A stretch of DNA of 64,000 bases, from contig OZ024744.1 in the NCBI GenBank assembly GCA_964016885.1, positions 58,466,001 to 58,530,000 of the forward strand. Direction: 5' to 3'. Positions 30,360 through 44,569 of the stretch are shown here, piece by piece (positions within the stretch are counted from its first letter, which is position 1; each line of letters opens with the position of its first letter). Under the pieces are notes generated by a model. That model made no database searches. It was not told the origin of the DNA and saw only the letters and a list, made by a program, of their open reading frames with translations. The stretch is from Eledone cirrhosa (lineage: Eukaryota). Both the position numbers and the translations under genes were made by a program.

Positions 30360-33110
30360 TTGATTGACTTGTGTGTGTCTTAGCAATTCGATCCACAGTT
30401 TCGAAAGTAATGTCATCATTCCATTCTTCGAAATCAGATTCTGTTTCGCTGTCGTCTTTCTTGGATAGATCCGGATCACTTTGGTAGAGTGGGTTTTCTT
30501 TATCCAAGTGAAAACCATCGGCAAACACATTGATATTATCGTCGAAATCGTCTCCATCTTTCGGCGAATCGATAACGTTTTTGATTAGTAATTTTCCCCG
30601 GACGATTTTCAAATCTTCCTCGGTATCGGATTGCGAAATAGTCTCCGGGTCTTGGTGCAATTCGTAGATTTTGTGTTCTTCTATGTTTGAGCTTGGTTCT
30701 GTTCTTTCCAGTGTAGTCGGTCTTGCTACTGGTACTGGTGTAGATGTGTCTTTATGTATATATTCCATCGTAATAATTTGTTTGCGCGGCAGCTCCGTTG
30801 TCAGAGACGGTCTCAAAATAGCTCTCTGTTGGCTGAACTCCTGCCCCTGTGGCAACAACTTAAATTCCGTCCAGGTCGCTTCCGTAGTTTCTGTTTCTCC
30901 CTCAGAACTTATCGTTTCGGTTCCCGTACCGGAATCAATAAATGATTCGGAATGGTTCTTTCTAACTTCCGTAGACTCCGGAATATCATATTTTTTATCA
31001 TGATGTTTTTCATTATCGGAGAGTTCATCCCCACTCTCAGAGGCTCCCGATGAATGTGCTGTTTTGTTTATTTTACAATAAATAATCTGCTTTACTTGGT
31101 TGTGTCCACTATCTGAAGGTGTTAGTCGTACCACTTTATACTGGTGATTCGAATCATTATCGGCTGGTCTAATTGCAATATGATTTTCAATTTCATTCGT
31201 ATTTCCTTGATAAATTGTTGGAGAAGTAGATGCGTTCGTTTCAAAGCCGTTATCTAACTTGGCAACATGTGTAGGTTCTGATACTCCAAAGTTCACATTT
31301 GCGGGGTTTTCAGTGTCTAATTCAGTGTCTGCAGGATTTTTCACGGGTATCGGGCGTAATTCATTTTTCACTTTCTCGTATAAAAACTCAGTGCTGTTTT
31401 CAGTTGAATTGTCGTATAAGGAAGACCGAGATTTTAATTTAACTGGTTTATGATTTCGATCCATGTCTGGATCGTCCGTAACCTCAAATGCTTTGATTTT
31501 CCGAAGTACGTTTCCGTGGACTAAAGCTGCTTGTTGTTCGTTTATCGCGTCACTTCCATCTCGAATGTTGACTCCTGTTAAGTTTAGCGTGGGCGACAGT
31601 GGATTGCTTTCACCCTGCTGCGATGTCACAAATCTATCTACTGTAATTGGATTAGAAATTTCAACATTCCTTGACGTTAGTGTTGTATCATTTTCAGAAG
31701 TTGTCAAACCGGTCTCTGTATTTGCAATGACCGCTTGGTCTGGTTGGTGTGTAATAACTGAATTTTCTGAAAAAATATTTTGAGTGGTTTGAGCAAGAAT
31801 GTTTGGTTCAAAATTGAGCATTTCGTCGTTAGTTAATTCAGTTTTGAATGGGTGCATAATACTATAGTCGATTACACCGTCGGCTCTAATGCGTGCATTT
31901 AGTGCACTTGTTTCTTCTATAGTCCATTGGTCATTGTTTAGATGTTCACCTTCTTCATTTGAAGGCAAAGTTTCTGCAGGTGTGTTCGTTTGAATGTATA
32001 AATCTTCGGCAATTTCAAGGTCTTTCTTCAATGGTGCACCGGCAACCACCTGGTTAAAATATTGCTCTATTTCAGGGATAACATATTCAGTGTCGTCTTT
32101 CACTAGCTGCTCCTCAGTCCATATAGGCTGTACACGTGAAGTAAATTCTACGTCAGGGTGCATGGAACTTGGTATTTCTATACTATGTGAACTCTGTGTC
32201 GTATTAACATCCTCTGGCATTGATAAGGTGTCTTCGCTACTGAAATTATGGACTTCAGGTTGTGTTTCGGAGTTGGTATAAACATTACTAGCTTGGTCAA
32301 CATTGTTGAAAACAATACTGTTAGGTTCTATGACTTCGAAAACAGTTTTCTCAAATGAATTAATTGCCTTCAAATTCTCAACTTGTGACTGATCCACGCT
32401 GACATCATCATTCACTACTTCGGCTGAACCGGTTAAGTTTCCTTCAACCACTGTTCCGGGTTTATCATCTTCGTAACCTGTCAGACTTGCGGTTTCAACT
32501 TGTCTACTAGATTGGAGACTGGGTAATTCTTCCTCGGTATCAGCAGCCGTCCTACTAGTAACTTGGTCGACGCTTTTGTTTGAATATTGTGCCACAGAGG
32601 ATGCGTCGCTTGTCTTTCTGTCACCGAAAATTGATAGTCCTGACTCGAACATGCGCCGTAGGAAATTGACTGGCTTTCCTGTCACCACTTTTTCTTTTTC
32701 TACTTCCGCCTTGTCTACGATTATGTTCGTTGGTTCAACTTTCACTGTCTCATCATTGTAGTTTTTGGAAGTAAATTCTCCAAGAAAATTGTAACCCAAA
32801 CTGCTGCTGTTGCTGGAACTTCTGCTAACTGTTGCTGAACCTGGATATCTCGCTTTTTGCTCGCCGTTAATATCTTTACTGCTCTCACTTCCTTTCGGTG
32901 AGGCCTGATCAACAGAGTCCTTTTCTCCCACATTTTCTCCTTGAGTTTTTTCAAATGAACTCAATTCGTGCACTAATCTCTCTCCCGCATCCGCATTGTG
33001 TTCTGAACTAACACATGTGCTACTTTCAGCAGTGATGGTATTTGTATCTGCAGGGGATGTAGAAATAGTTCCATTACTCTTTATTGTTGTAATTTCAGTT
33101 GTAATTTCGG

Positions 33111-33143
<33 letters not shown>

Positions 33144-36100
33144 CAACTGCAGTCGAATCATTTGTTCCTATTATCAGCGGTGTCTGATTACCCTCTGGTG
33201 ATTGTGTAAGCCGGGTTAACATCTCAGAGCTTGTTGAATAATCGGGAATGTGTGATACACGGTCGTCGGCGGCGTCGTCTTTTAAATCGCCTTCCTCTCC
33301 TTCTATAGCTTTTCTTTCTTCTTGCTCACCTTCTTCTTCTTTATTGTCACCACTGTCTTCTATCTGCGTCTCACTAACAACTGTCTTTCTGTGTATGTTA
33401 TCAGCAATCGCCGAAGGAGCAGAATGTAATTCACTTGTAATTGTCGGTAGAATACTAACTTCTCCTTCAACTAAACTAATTTCTTCTCCCACCGCCGCTC
33501 GCGTCTCGTCCAAATTGTTAAATACTTTCTCAGTAAATTCTGTTGTAGGTGTTGCAGTAGCTGTTGTAGTGGTTGTTGTTGGTGTTATGCCCGTTGCTAT
33601 GTCTTCTATTGTCCTTGTTGTTGTTATTTCATTAGTGTTAACAGAAGCACATGACTGAACAAACGAAGGTAAACCTTTGGTGTTGATGTCATTGTTGCTT
33701 TCTGGCACACCTTCCTTTGTTATGAGACTTGTGTATGTTTCCTTCACCTTGTTTACCTCAAGCGTAAAAATTGAACTCGATTTGTCTTCACTATCAACCA
33801 CCACTTGATTTTCCGAAGTCACCACCCCTTCCTCCTTCTTCATTTCTTCTGATAACGCCACCATTTCCTCTACAAACTTATCTATCTCGATTTCATCGTT
33901 TTCCTCCTTCTCCTCCTCGTCCTCCTCTATCTCCACTGCTGCAACCCCTTCTTCGGCCACTGACACCACTAACACTTCTTCATTTTCCTTTTCGTCTTCT
34001 TGTTTTTCATTATTTTCATGTTCGTCTTTGTCACGCTCTAATACACCAGCTGTGACTACCGCATTTTCACTTGCCTCTTCACTTACATTTCTTTCTTCCA
34101 GCATTCTCTCACTCGAAGGTGCCATTGCAGTCCCAGTTTTCGTCTCCTCGTCAACTTTCCTGCTTTCGCCTGTTTTTACACTGTAGATGATTTCAATTCC
34201 TTCTTTTCCGTCACTTGAACCTTCGGCGCCATTTGTTATGTCGAGTATTTGTTCTTCTTTATTAGATCCGGAGAGATTTAAATCTTCCTTGTAAATGTAA
34301 CACTTAGGTAATTCCTCACATTTGCTGATAACTTCATTGCTTTTTTGGTATTGGCTTTCTCTATTCAAAACAAACGCCATTATATTATCGAATTTATCTG
34401 GTATTAAAGGATTCCCATAACCCAACTGCCGAGGCTCAGCAAGGCTTAAATGTTGTTCATCTTGTTCCAGATTTACATTTTCTGCATATACAGTCATTGA
34501 AGTATTCGACCCTTCTTCACCATTTTTTTCTTCTCCTTCCCCATTGCCAGGGATAATACCCGAAACGCTAGGTACAGTTTCACTATGTACTGTACTAACA
34601 GCATCATTTTTACAATTAGCTGGTATATCTTCCGAAATATCTGGTATATTTTCTGTCCTTATTGAAGAAGGGCTATCTTCATTGTCCGTAGCTGAAATAA
34701 CTTCAGAATCTTCATTTACAATTTCACTATTCATTGTTTTATCTACTGGTGGGTTAACTTCTATAGTCTCTGTAACAACTTCAGTAGTGACTGAGGGGGA
34801 AGTTTTTTGTAAGACTGCAGGTGGGCTAACTTTTATAGTCTCTTGTACAACTTCAGTAGTGACTGATGGAGTAGTTTCTTGTGTGACCTCAGGTGGGCTA
34901 ACTTCCACAATCTCTTGTACAACTTCAGTAGTGACTGATGGGGTAGTTTCTTGTGTGACCTCAGGTGGGCTAACTTCCACAATCTCTTGTACAACTTCAG
35001 TAGTGACTGAGGAGGCTGTTTCTTGTAAGACTGCTGATGGGCTAACTTCTATAGTCTCTTGTACAACTTCAGTAGTGACTGATGGGGTAGTTTCTTGTGA
35101 GACCTCAGGTGGGCTAACTTCCACAATCTCTTGTACAACTTCAGTAGTGACTGATGGGGTAGTTTCTTGTGTGACCTCAGGTGGGCTAACTTCCACAATC
35201 TCTTGTACAACTTCAGTAGTGACTGATGGGGTAGTTTCTTGTAAGACTGTTGGTGGGCTAACTTCCACAATCTCTTGTACAACTTCAGTAGTGACTGAGG
35301 GGGCAGTTTCTTGTAAGACTGCTGGTGGGCTAACTTCCACAATCTCTTGTACAACTTCAGTAGTGACTGAGGGGGCAGTTTCTTGTAAGACTGCTGGTGG
35401 GTTAACTTCCACAATCTCTTGTACAACTTCAGTAGTGACTGTTGGGAGAATCTTTTGAATTTCTTTATCAGACGTACCTTCATTTGGTTTAGGAATAATT
35501 TCCTGGTCAACTGAAGATATAACATTCTGTTTTTGATTAGAGGCCGCACTCTCATTGTATGTTTGTACAATCCTGTTGTTTACAATTTTTAGTCGTTCCT
35601 GAACACTGGGTTTGCGCTTTATCGTTGTACTCGTAGCCATTGTGGTAGTTGGTGCACTGTCGATTTGGAGTGACTGTGTACCAATGTCGGCATCATGAAT
35701 AGTTTCTGGTTTATCTACTTGTGGGCTAACTTCCACAACCTCTGTTACAACTTCACTAGTGACTGAGGGGGCAGTTTCTTGTAAGACTGCTGATGGGCTA
35801 ACTTCTATAGTCTCTTGTACAACTTCAGTTGTGACTGAGGGAACAGTTTCTTGTGTGACCTCAGGTGGGCTAACTTCCACAATCTCTTGTACAATTTCAG
35901 TAGTGACTGAGGGAACAGTTTCTTGTGTGACCTCAGGTGGGCTAACTTCCACAATCTCTTGTACAACTTCAGTAGTGACTGAGGGGGCAGTTTCTTGTGT
36001 GACCTCAGGTGGGCTAACTTCCACAATCTCTTGTACAACTTCAGTAGTGACTGAGGGGGCAGTTTCTTGTGTGACCTCAGGTGGGCTAACTTCCACAATC

Positions 36101-39100
36101 TCTTGTACAACTTCAGTAGTGACTGAGGGGGCAGTTTCTTGTGTGACCTCAGGTGGGCTAACTTCCACAATCTCTTGTACAACTTCAGTAGTGACTGAGG
36201 GGGCAGTTTCTTGTGTGACCTCAGGTGGGCTAACTTCCACAATCTCTTGTACAACTTCCGTAGTGACTGAGGGGGCAGTTTCTTGTGTGACCTCAGGTGG
36301 GCTAACTTCCACAATCTCTTGTACAACTTCAGTAGTGACTGAGGGGGCAGTTTCTTGTGTGACCTCAGGTGGGCTAACTTCCACAATCTCTTGTACAACT
36401 TCAGTAGTGACTGAGGGGGCAGTTTCTTGTGTGACCTCAGGTGGGCTAACTTCCAGAATCTCTTGTACAACTTCAGTAGTGACTGAGGGGGCAGTTTCTT
36501 GTGTGACCTCAGGTGGGCTAACTTCCACAATCTCTTGTACAACTTCCGTAGTGACTGAGGGGGCAGTTTCTTGTGTGACCTCAGGTGGGCTAACTTCCAC
36601 AATCTCTTGTACAACTTCAGTAGTGACTGAGGGGGCAGTTTCTTGTGTGACCTCAGGTGGGCTAACTTCCACAATCTCTTGTACAACTTCAGTAGTGACT
36701 GAGGGGGCAGTTTCTTGTGTGACCTCAGGTGGGCTAACTTCCACAATCTCTTGTACAACTTCAGTAGTGACTGAGGGGGCAGTTTCTTGTGTGACCTCAG
36801 GTGGGCTAACTTCCACAATCTCTTGTACAACTTCAGTAGTGACTGAGGGGGCAGTTTCTTGTGTGACCTCAGGTGGGCTAACTTCCAGAATCTCTTGTAC
36901 AACTTCAGTAGTGACTGAGGGGGCAGTTTCTTGTGTGACCTCAGGTGGGCTAACTTCCACAATCTCTTGTACAACTTCCGTAGTGACTGAGGGGGCAGTT
37001 TCTTGTAAGACTTCTGGTGGGCTAACTTCTATAGTCTCTTGTACAACTTCAGTAGTGACTGAGGGGGTTGTTTCTTGTAAGACTGTTGGTGGGCTAACTT
37101 CCACAATCTCTTGTACAACTTCCGTAGTGACTGAGGGGGCAGTTTCTTGTAAGACTTCTGGTGGGCTAACTTCTATAGTCTCTTGTACAACTTCAGTAGT
37201 GACTGAGGGGTCAGTTTCTTGTGTGATCTCAGGTGGGCTAACTTCCACAATCTCTTGTACAACTTCACTGGACACTGTTGGAAGAATTTCAGATTTCTCT
37301 TCTGGTGGGCTAACTTCAATAACGGCTGCTGGCGTCTTTTTTGCAATATTTTTGTTTACAATCCTGAGTCTTTCTTGAGCTGTTGGTATATGTTTCACTC
37401 TTACATTTCTATCATTCACTTTCAACAAGTGCTTGTCATCGTTATCACTATCTGTCTCTGTTTCTTCATACATATAGTTTCTAGGTGGCCATATATCTAT
37501 AAGATTTCTCACTCTGTAATTTGTGCAAGATTTCCGTAGGTTCAAATACGCTTCTTGTGACATTTCTTGTATATTTCCTTTGTCTTCTTTCTGTTGTGGA
37601 ATTTGTGCCAAAACCTCTTCCTTATCGATCTCAACATCCTTTGTGCCTCTCGTTTCTGTAAGTACCACTTCAGACGATTCGCTGATTAAAGCTCCAATAT
37701 CGGCTCCATGTCCTGGTTCCGTATTTGCATGAATGTGTTCTTCATTTCCATTGGTCAATTCTTGGTCGGTTTCTGTTGATGTCGAATACAATAGTGACTC
37801 AGTATTTTCTTCGGCTGTAGGTAATATTTCTATGTGGTTGCTGTTGTTCTTGTTAATGTCGTCGTCAGATACATTGTCTGGCTGGCTGTTGTTTTGATTA
37901 TTAACTATATTGCTGTTGTTGGTTGTTTCAGTTATTATATTTTTTTCAGTAATGGGACCCACTTCTGTTGTATCTTTCACACTATCATAATTACCAGTGT
38001 TTGTTTCATTGACACCACTTATGTCGTCCTTACAGCTGCTGTTGTCTTGATCATTGTTGCTGTTGTTGCTTTTAATGTCGATATTGCTGTCGGCGTTGTT
38101 GCTGATCGTAGTAATTATTCCGTAACTGCTATTCTCGTCATTTTCGTCCCGGATGTTGTCGTTAATTTTAGACATCGAACCTCCTCCATGTTGTTGCTCA
38201 GGAAATGTTGTTTCTGATGTGGTTGCCGTCTGAAAATCAGTCGACGGTAGCGATGGAGTCCCTTCTGTTTGCTGCTGCTTGACGTTAATGAGATGTTCGG
38301 CATCTAGCCCCACTTCCTCAGGTTTGGACGTATTCAATGATGTGCCCGATATATTTGGCTCTATTTTATAAATATAGTCGCCGTTTTGAAAAGTAGTATT
38401 GTTTAATGTTGAACTGAGACTAACAGAGGCTGTATCCACGTTGTTGAAACTATTTTCCGTTGTCGGTGTATGCTGTATTAACTGCATTTCGTCAGTATAT
38501 AGTTTTTCTTTCTCTGCTTCCACTTCTCTTTCATCTTTTTCTTGTTCAGCGTTTTGTTTATTCTGTGCATGAAACGTCTGTTTAAAGCTGCTTTCCACTG
38601 GCTTGACATATGCTACTGGTTTCGTTTCTACTACATATGCCCAAGATGAGTTTGATATTTCTCTGCCGTTTAGATAGTGGGGTGTATTTTGATGCATGTC
38701 ATCTCTGTCGTGGATGCGTGCAGAAAATATCTTCTGCAGTTCCTTCACACGTCCTCGTTTGATGGACTGTTTCACTGTCTTGTACATGTCTTCATTTAAA
38801 CACTGAACTATGTGGTTAGCATTTTGGCATATGATTGTGAAATTGCTGTTCACACTGCGGTTATCTCCTTGAACACTCGCTGTCGGCGGCGCTGCACGAG
38901 AATATGACGACAGCTGGATAAGAGCCGGATCAGGAGAAGAGGAAGTAGTCATTATCGGCTGTGTCGGTGATATTGGTGGTGACGAAGAGGGTGCGGGAGA
39001 AGGTGTTGTTGACGGCAGTGTTGGAGACAGAGGTGGTTGTATTAGCAGTGGTATTTCTGTTTCGGACTGTATCGCTGACGGCGTAGGAAGGGATGGCGGC

Positions 39101-40522
39101 GGCGATGCGAGCAAGGGCTGTGAGAGAGGAAATTCTAAAAGAGGCTCGCCCATAGGTGTCGCCTCCGTCAACGTCGCAGATGGTGTCACGGATGATTTTG
39201 TGGACGGTTCCACAGATGAGTCCAAAGATGGTTCCACAAATGATGTCACTGATCGTGTCACGGGCAGTACTTCCGACGCTTCCTGAAGGGAAGCTATAAA
39301 CGACACCTCATACTCTGTCACAGTTGGTACCTCAGACTCTGTCACAGACGATACCTCAGACTCTGTCACAGTTGGTATCTCAGACTCTGTCACAGACGAC
39401 ACCTCAGACTCTGTCACAGTTGGTACCTCAGACTGTGTCACAGTTGGTACCTCAGACTCTGTCACAGTTGGTATCTCAGACTCTGTCACAGTTGGTATCT
39501 CAGACTCTGTCACAGTTGTTATCTCAGACTCTGTCACAGTTGGTATCTCAGACTCTGTCACAGTTGTTATCTCAGACTCTGTCGCAGTTGGCATCTCAGA
39601 CTCTGTCACAGTTGGCATCGCAGACTCTGTCACAGTTGTTATCTCAGACTCTGTCACAGTTGGTATCTCAGACTCTGTCACAGTTGTTATCTCAGACTCT
39701 GTCACAGTTGGCATCTCAGACTCTGTGACAGTTGTTATCTCAGACTCTGTCACAGTTGGTATCTCAGACTCTGTCACAGTTGTTATCTCAGACTCTGTCA
39801 CAGTTGTTATCTCAGACTCTGTCACAGTTGGCATCGCAGACTCTGTCACAGTTGTTATCTCAGACTCTGTCACAGTTGGCATCTCAGACTCTGTCACAGT
39901 TGGCACCTCAGACTCTGTCACAGTTGGCATCGCAGACTCTGTCACAGTTGGCATCGCAGACTCTGTCACAGTTGGCACCTCAGATAATGTGTCAAGCAGT
40001 ACCGCAATTGGTTTCGGAGATGGTGCAGCAGACGGCACTTCAGACTGTGGTGCAGAGGATACCACAGATATTGATACAGATGATTCCGCTGACGGTATTG
40101 GAGATTGCATGACGGAAGTTGAAGAGACTTTTGATGTCGACAGCGGAGATTGAAACGGCCGGGGATCTGTATCTGTGGTGGCAGCGTCGGAGGGTGGCGG
40201 GATAGGCGATGACGGCGATGGAAGTGGAGAATTAGATCGGACGGAGAGGGAGGCAGAGGAACTAGCGGTTACTGAATGCGTTGGTTGTGTCTGCGACGGT
40301 AACTGTGACGAAGGCTTTACTATTGTCTTTGTTGCATCCTGCAAAGATAGGGAAAATTTTCTCAAGGGTTGTTGTAAAGGTTTTGAATATGGTTTGGGAA
40401 GAAATGCTCCCCATTTTGAAATCCCTGGTAGACGAGTAATATTTGGAAGAGCACCATCTACGACTTCTGTTTCACTTTTGATGTGATTAATATTATCGTC
40501 ATTATTATTTTTATCATTTATG

Positions 40523-40577
<55 letters not shown>

Positions 40578-42600
40578 TGTTGTCATTATTATTATTATTA
40601 TTAATATTATTATTATCATTATTATTATTATTATTATTGTTGTTGTTGGTTTTACTGCCCAAACTAGTTTCCAATGCTTGGATATTAGAATTCGACAATG
40701 GTGACGATGACAACGACGATGACATCGAAGATATCAATGAAGATGACGATAATGGTGTCGGAGAATTATTGCTTTCTCGTTTTAATTCGTCATTTTCTTC
40801 AAAAGAAGGGGGGAAAGGAGAAGTAGGAGGAGAAGGAGGAGAATGGGGAGGAAGGGACGAAGGAGAAGGAAGTGACGGTGGCGGAGAAGACGGGGGAGAA
40901 GGATGAGGAGAAGAAGGAGGATGGGGAGAAGAAGGGGGATGAGGAGAAGAAGGAGGGTGAGGAGAAGAAGGGGGGTGAGTAGACGAAGGGAAAGAAGGAG
41001 AAGGAGAGGGAGAAGGAGGAGAAGGGGAAAGAGAGCGAGGTGGCGAGAGAGGAGGAGAGCGAGGAGGAGAGCAGGGAGGAGAGTGAGGGGGAGAGTGAGG
41101 GGCAGAGTGAGGGGGAGAGTGAGAAGGAGAATGAGGAGGAGTATGAGGAGGAGAGTGAGGAGGAGAATGAGGAGGAGAATGAAGAGGAGAATGAGGAGGA
41201 GAATGAAGAGGAGAATGAGGAGGAGAATGAGGAGGAGAATGAGGAGGAGAATGAGGAGGAGAATGAGGAGGAGAATGAGGAGGAGAATGAGGAGGAGAAT
41301 GAGGAGGAGAATGAAGAGGAGAATGAGGAGGAGAAGGTAGTATTTCCTTTTCGTTCGGGAGAGCCTCGTCTCTCTCCGGCTCTGGTGTGGATTCGTCCTT
41401 TCCTGTGCGAGATGAAGATTCTTCAGAACTATAAATATTCGTAGACACATCCTGGATTTCGGTATAATTGCCTGATGTTGCAACCTGTTTGTTATTGTCC
41501 AACACAGTGGAATTACTTTGGATATAACTTAACAGAGATGCCCGATTTTCACTAGTCGCAGCACACTCATCACCTTCAGTTTCCCCTTCACCATTATTCT
41601 GTTCTGCGTGTCCGAGTTCCTTTTCACTTTGCGGTGAACAATCAATGTCTGCTACAGCAATATTTTCAACACTGACACTGAGCTTATTGGCAGATTCTTC
41701 AACTTCTTCATCTTTTTTTATTTCTTTCTTTTCAATTCTTACGCCCTTTTCGTTTTCTTTTCCTTCTTCTTCTTTCTCGGTTCCTTTCTTCTCTATTTCA
41801 AATTCTTCGTCATCTTCTTTGTGGCTTCTGACAGTTGCTTTCAAAGGAGGAATTGGTTCCTTGGTTATTGGTAGAATCTCAACATCTACTTTTTGTACTT
41901 CTTTTTCTTCAGTTTTTAAGTCTTTTTCTTTTTCAGTTTCTTTTTTTTCCTCTTCTTTCTTTTCTGCTTCCAATACTTCTTCGGCTTCTTTCTGGCTTTC
42001 GGCGGATTTCAACAGAGGAATTAGTCCGGGGGGCTGTATCACTCCGTTTTCTCCACTGGCACTATGTTTGTTTGTAGATTCCTCAACTTCTGCACCGTAT
42101 TCGCCACTGGCACTATGGTTGTTTGTAGATTCCTCAACTTCTACATTTTGTATTTCTTTTCCTTCAATTTTTACATTATTCTCTTGTTTTTTCTCTTCTT
42201 CTTTTTCTTCATCTTTCTTCTCTTCTCCTAATTCTTTCTCGTTTTCATCTTTCTCGTTTTCAGCAGATTTCAACTGAAGACTATACGGGTGAGAGGCCTG
42301 TATTCCCCCGTTTAAATCTGAATTCAAGTTTAAATTCGCAGAATCTCCGGTGAGACATTCTTTCAGTGACCCATTGACGCCAGAGGCAGTGGCACCATCG
42401 TCATGCTGAGCGTCATTTTTTAGAACGCCGTTCTTCTCGTCGTCGTCATCATTCTTTTCGAGATCCACATCTTCGTGTGTTTCAGCGTCTTTGCCTTTCT
42501 TGTGCTTGCTCGATGAAGTAAAACTTCTCTTTATGCTGTTTCTAAGCAAATGAAATATGCTGCGGGAACCTTGTCCATTTTTATCGTCTTTCGAATCCAT
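30360..42600 (-). CDS. Giant first coding exon (~4080 codons) of an acidic, repeat-rich, probably disordered protein; gene continues in exons not identified here
   Basis: Uninterrupted 12.2 kb ORF with AAAGATGG start context. Pyrimidine tract + CAG acceptor gives exon start ~42733, and (TAAA)n puts stops in all frames before the ATG. CAA|GTAAGT donor at 30360/30359 (phase 1), after which the ORF only runs through (TTG)n/(TTC)n. No globular domain recognised. Confidence 0.85.
34750..35445 (-). repeat. Second block of the 72-bp/24-aa coding repeat, ~9-10 copies
   Basis: Same unit with T/A variants. Confidence 0.95.
35720..37320 (-). repeat. Coding minisatellite, 72-bp unit (SVTTEVVQEIVEVSPPEVTQETAP), ~22 copies
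   Basis: 72-bp periodicity visible in DNA and translation. Confidence 0.95.
39305..39985 (-). repeat. Coding minisatellite, 24-bp unit (VTESEIPT-like), ~28 copies
   Basis: CAGACTCTGTCACAGTTG periodicity. Confidence 0.95.
40900..41335 (-). repeat. Coding PPHS / PHPPSS proline-histidine-serine repeats
   Basis: 12-bp GAGGAGGAGAAT unit on plus strand; translation (PPHS)n. Confidence 0.9.
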
Positions 42601-42624
42601 CTTTTATTTAGATTCTTGTTTTTG

Positions 42625-42684
<60 letters not shown>

Positions 42685-42733
42685 TATAACAAGAATAGAA
42701 TTCATTTGGACGTCCGAATCGTTTAGTTCGTTT

Positions 42734-42780
42734 CTGTATATTAAGAAAGAGAAAAAGAGAAAAGTGAGAAAGAGACAGAA
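42734..42780 (-). promoter_or_regulatory. 3' splice acceptor of the giant exon
   Basis: Minus strand reads TTCTGTCTCTTTCTCACTTTTCTCTTTTTCTCTTTCTTAATATACAG|AAACG. Confidence 0.65.
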
Positions 42781-42822
42781 TAAAGTCGAAACGCTCAATC
42801 AATATTAAACAACTACTACTAC

Positions 42823-42861
<39 letters not shown>

Positions 42862-43387
42862 TACTACTATTGCTGCTGTTGCTGCTGCTGCTACTGCTAC
42901 TACTACCACCACCACAGTTACTACTACTACTATACCAACAACAACAACAAAAATACAACAATTTTGGTTTTTAATTTAGGTTCAAGGCCTTTAGCTGTTT
43001 GTATGTATGGACACGTAACTCTTGACAGAGTCGTATGTACGCATTTTAAACCTGGAATAGCCCATTCCCTCTCCAGGTCTAATCACAGCCGATTTATTCC
43101 AGAAAAAAAGAAGAGAGAATGATAGAAGATGCGAGAGGAAGAGATATAATAGAGGAGTTGATCTCAGTACTAGACTGGTATATTTTTATCGAATGTTATC
43201 AAATGGTGGCAGGCAAAGTTGACTTCGGCGGATTTTGAACTCAGAGCACTGAGAACCGGAATGATCCGCTGGCGGATATGACTATTTTCGACCGGCGTGG
43301 ATATGCGTTTGGTTTGAGGTTAAAGTCTGTCTCAAATCTGATGCTCATCAAGTCATGGATTATCCCAGGTTCATTGACATTCTCTTG

Positions 43388-43596
<209 letters not shown>

Positions 43597-43598
43597 TG

Positions 43599-43689
43599 CA
43601 GGGTGTCCCCCAAAATGTATACACACTTTGATTATCTGTACAGGCAATATTTATTAGAATGCTGTTTGTGTACATTTTTGGGGGACACC

Positions 43690-43692
<3 letters not shown>
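43599..43692. mobile_element. Tc1/mariner-type mini-MITE
   Basis: TIRs CAGGGTGTCCCCCAAAA / TTTTGGGGGACACCCTG; TA on right flank, TG on left. Confidence 0.8.
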
Positions 43693-43725
<33 letters not shown>

Positions 43726-43751
43726 GCATACACACATACACACATGCATAC

Positions 43752-44278
43752 ATGATGACTGCAAACTCTGCTAAGAGTATTGCAATCGCTTGTCAGATTA
43801 CTGAAAATGGTGCACTTTTAGGCTACGGCCAGCCACACGAACCTGTAACATATCCTGAACAAGCAATGCCTGTAATTTGTAGGTTTTTTTAATTGGGAAA
43901 AGGCCTTGCACTCGACCAATCCCACTCTCTGAGCATCGCAAACACTACCCGAAAAGGAGAACTGGTCAACATCATCGGATGCTTCCGAAGCCGCAGGTTT
44001 TTTTTACCAGAGTTTCCTTCTTCTAGAAAGGTGTTGTAACAACAACTGGGGGCCTTTCACTCCCAGGTGAGAAAAAAAGTTCTATTTGGATGGCCGATGA
44101 CTCTGTTGAGTTACTCCACCCTTTGTCGAGTCTTGTATTTCATGCCGAAGGGTGTCCACATATCACCCTCCTCACCAAACTAGCTTGGTGGGGTTGCCAG
44201 TTTAGTCGCCGACGACCCGACCATGAGACAGGTTGTACTGGGTTACATGTTACCATTAACACTCGAGAGCGACCTGAC
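43752..44278 (-). mobile_element. Non-coding (TATG)-tailed element, third subfamily (N3)
   Basis: Shares the GGTGGGGTTGCCAGTTTAGTCG...GACCTGAC end with N1/N2. Confidence 0.75.
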
Positions 44279-44569
44279 ATACATACATACATACATACAT
44301 ACATACATACATACATACATACATACATACATACATACATACATGTAAACATACATACATGTAAACATACATACATACATACATACATACATACATACAT
44401 ACATACATACATACATACATACATGTAAACATACATACATGTAAACATACATACATACATACATACATACATACATACATACATACATACATGTAAACAT
44501 ACATACATGTAAACATACATACATACATACATACATACATACATACATACATACATACATGTAAACATA

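Noticed and set aside
34544-41483. Antisense and alternate-frame ORFs over the giant exon (539 aa TSGGLT repeat, KLYKRLW repeat, protamine-like MRRR repeat)
   Set aside because: Shadows of in-frame tandem repeats, confined to the repeat blocks.
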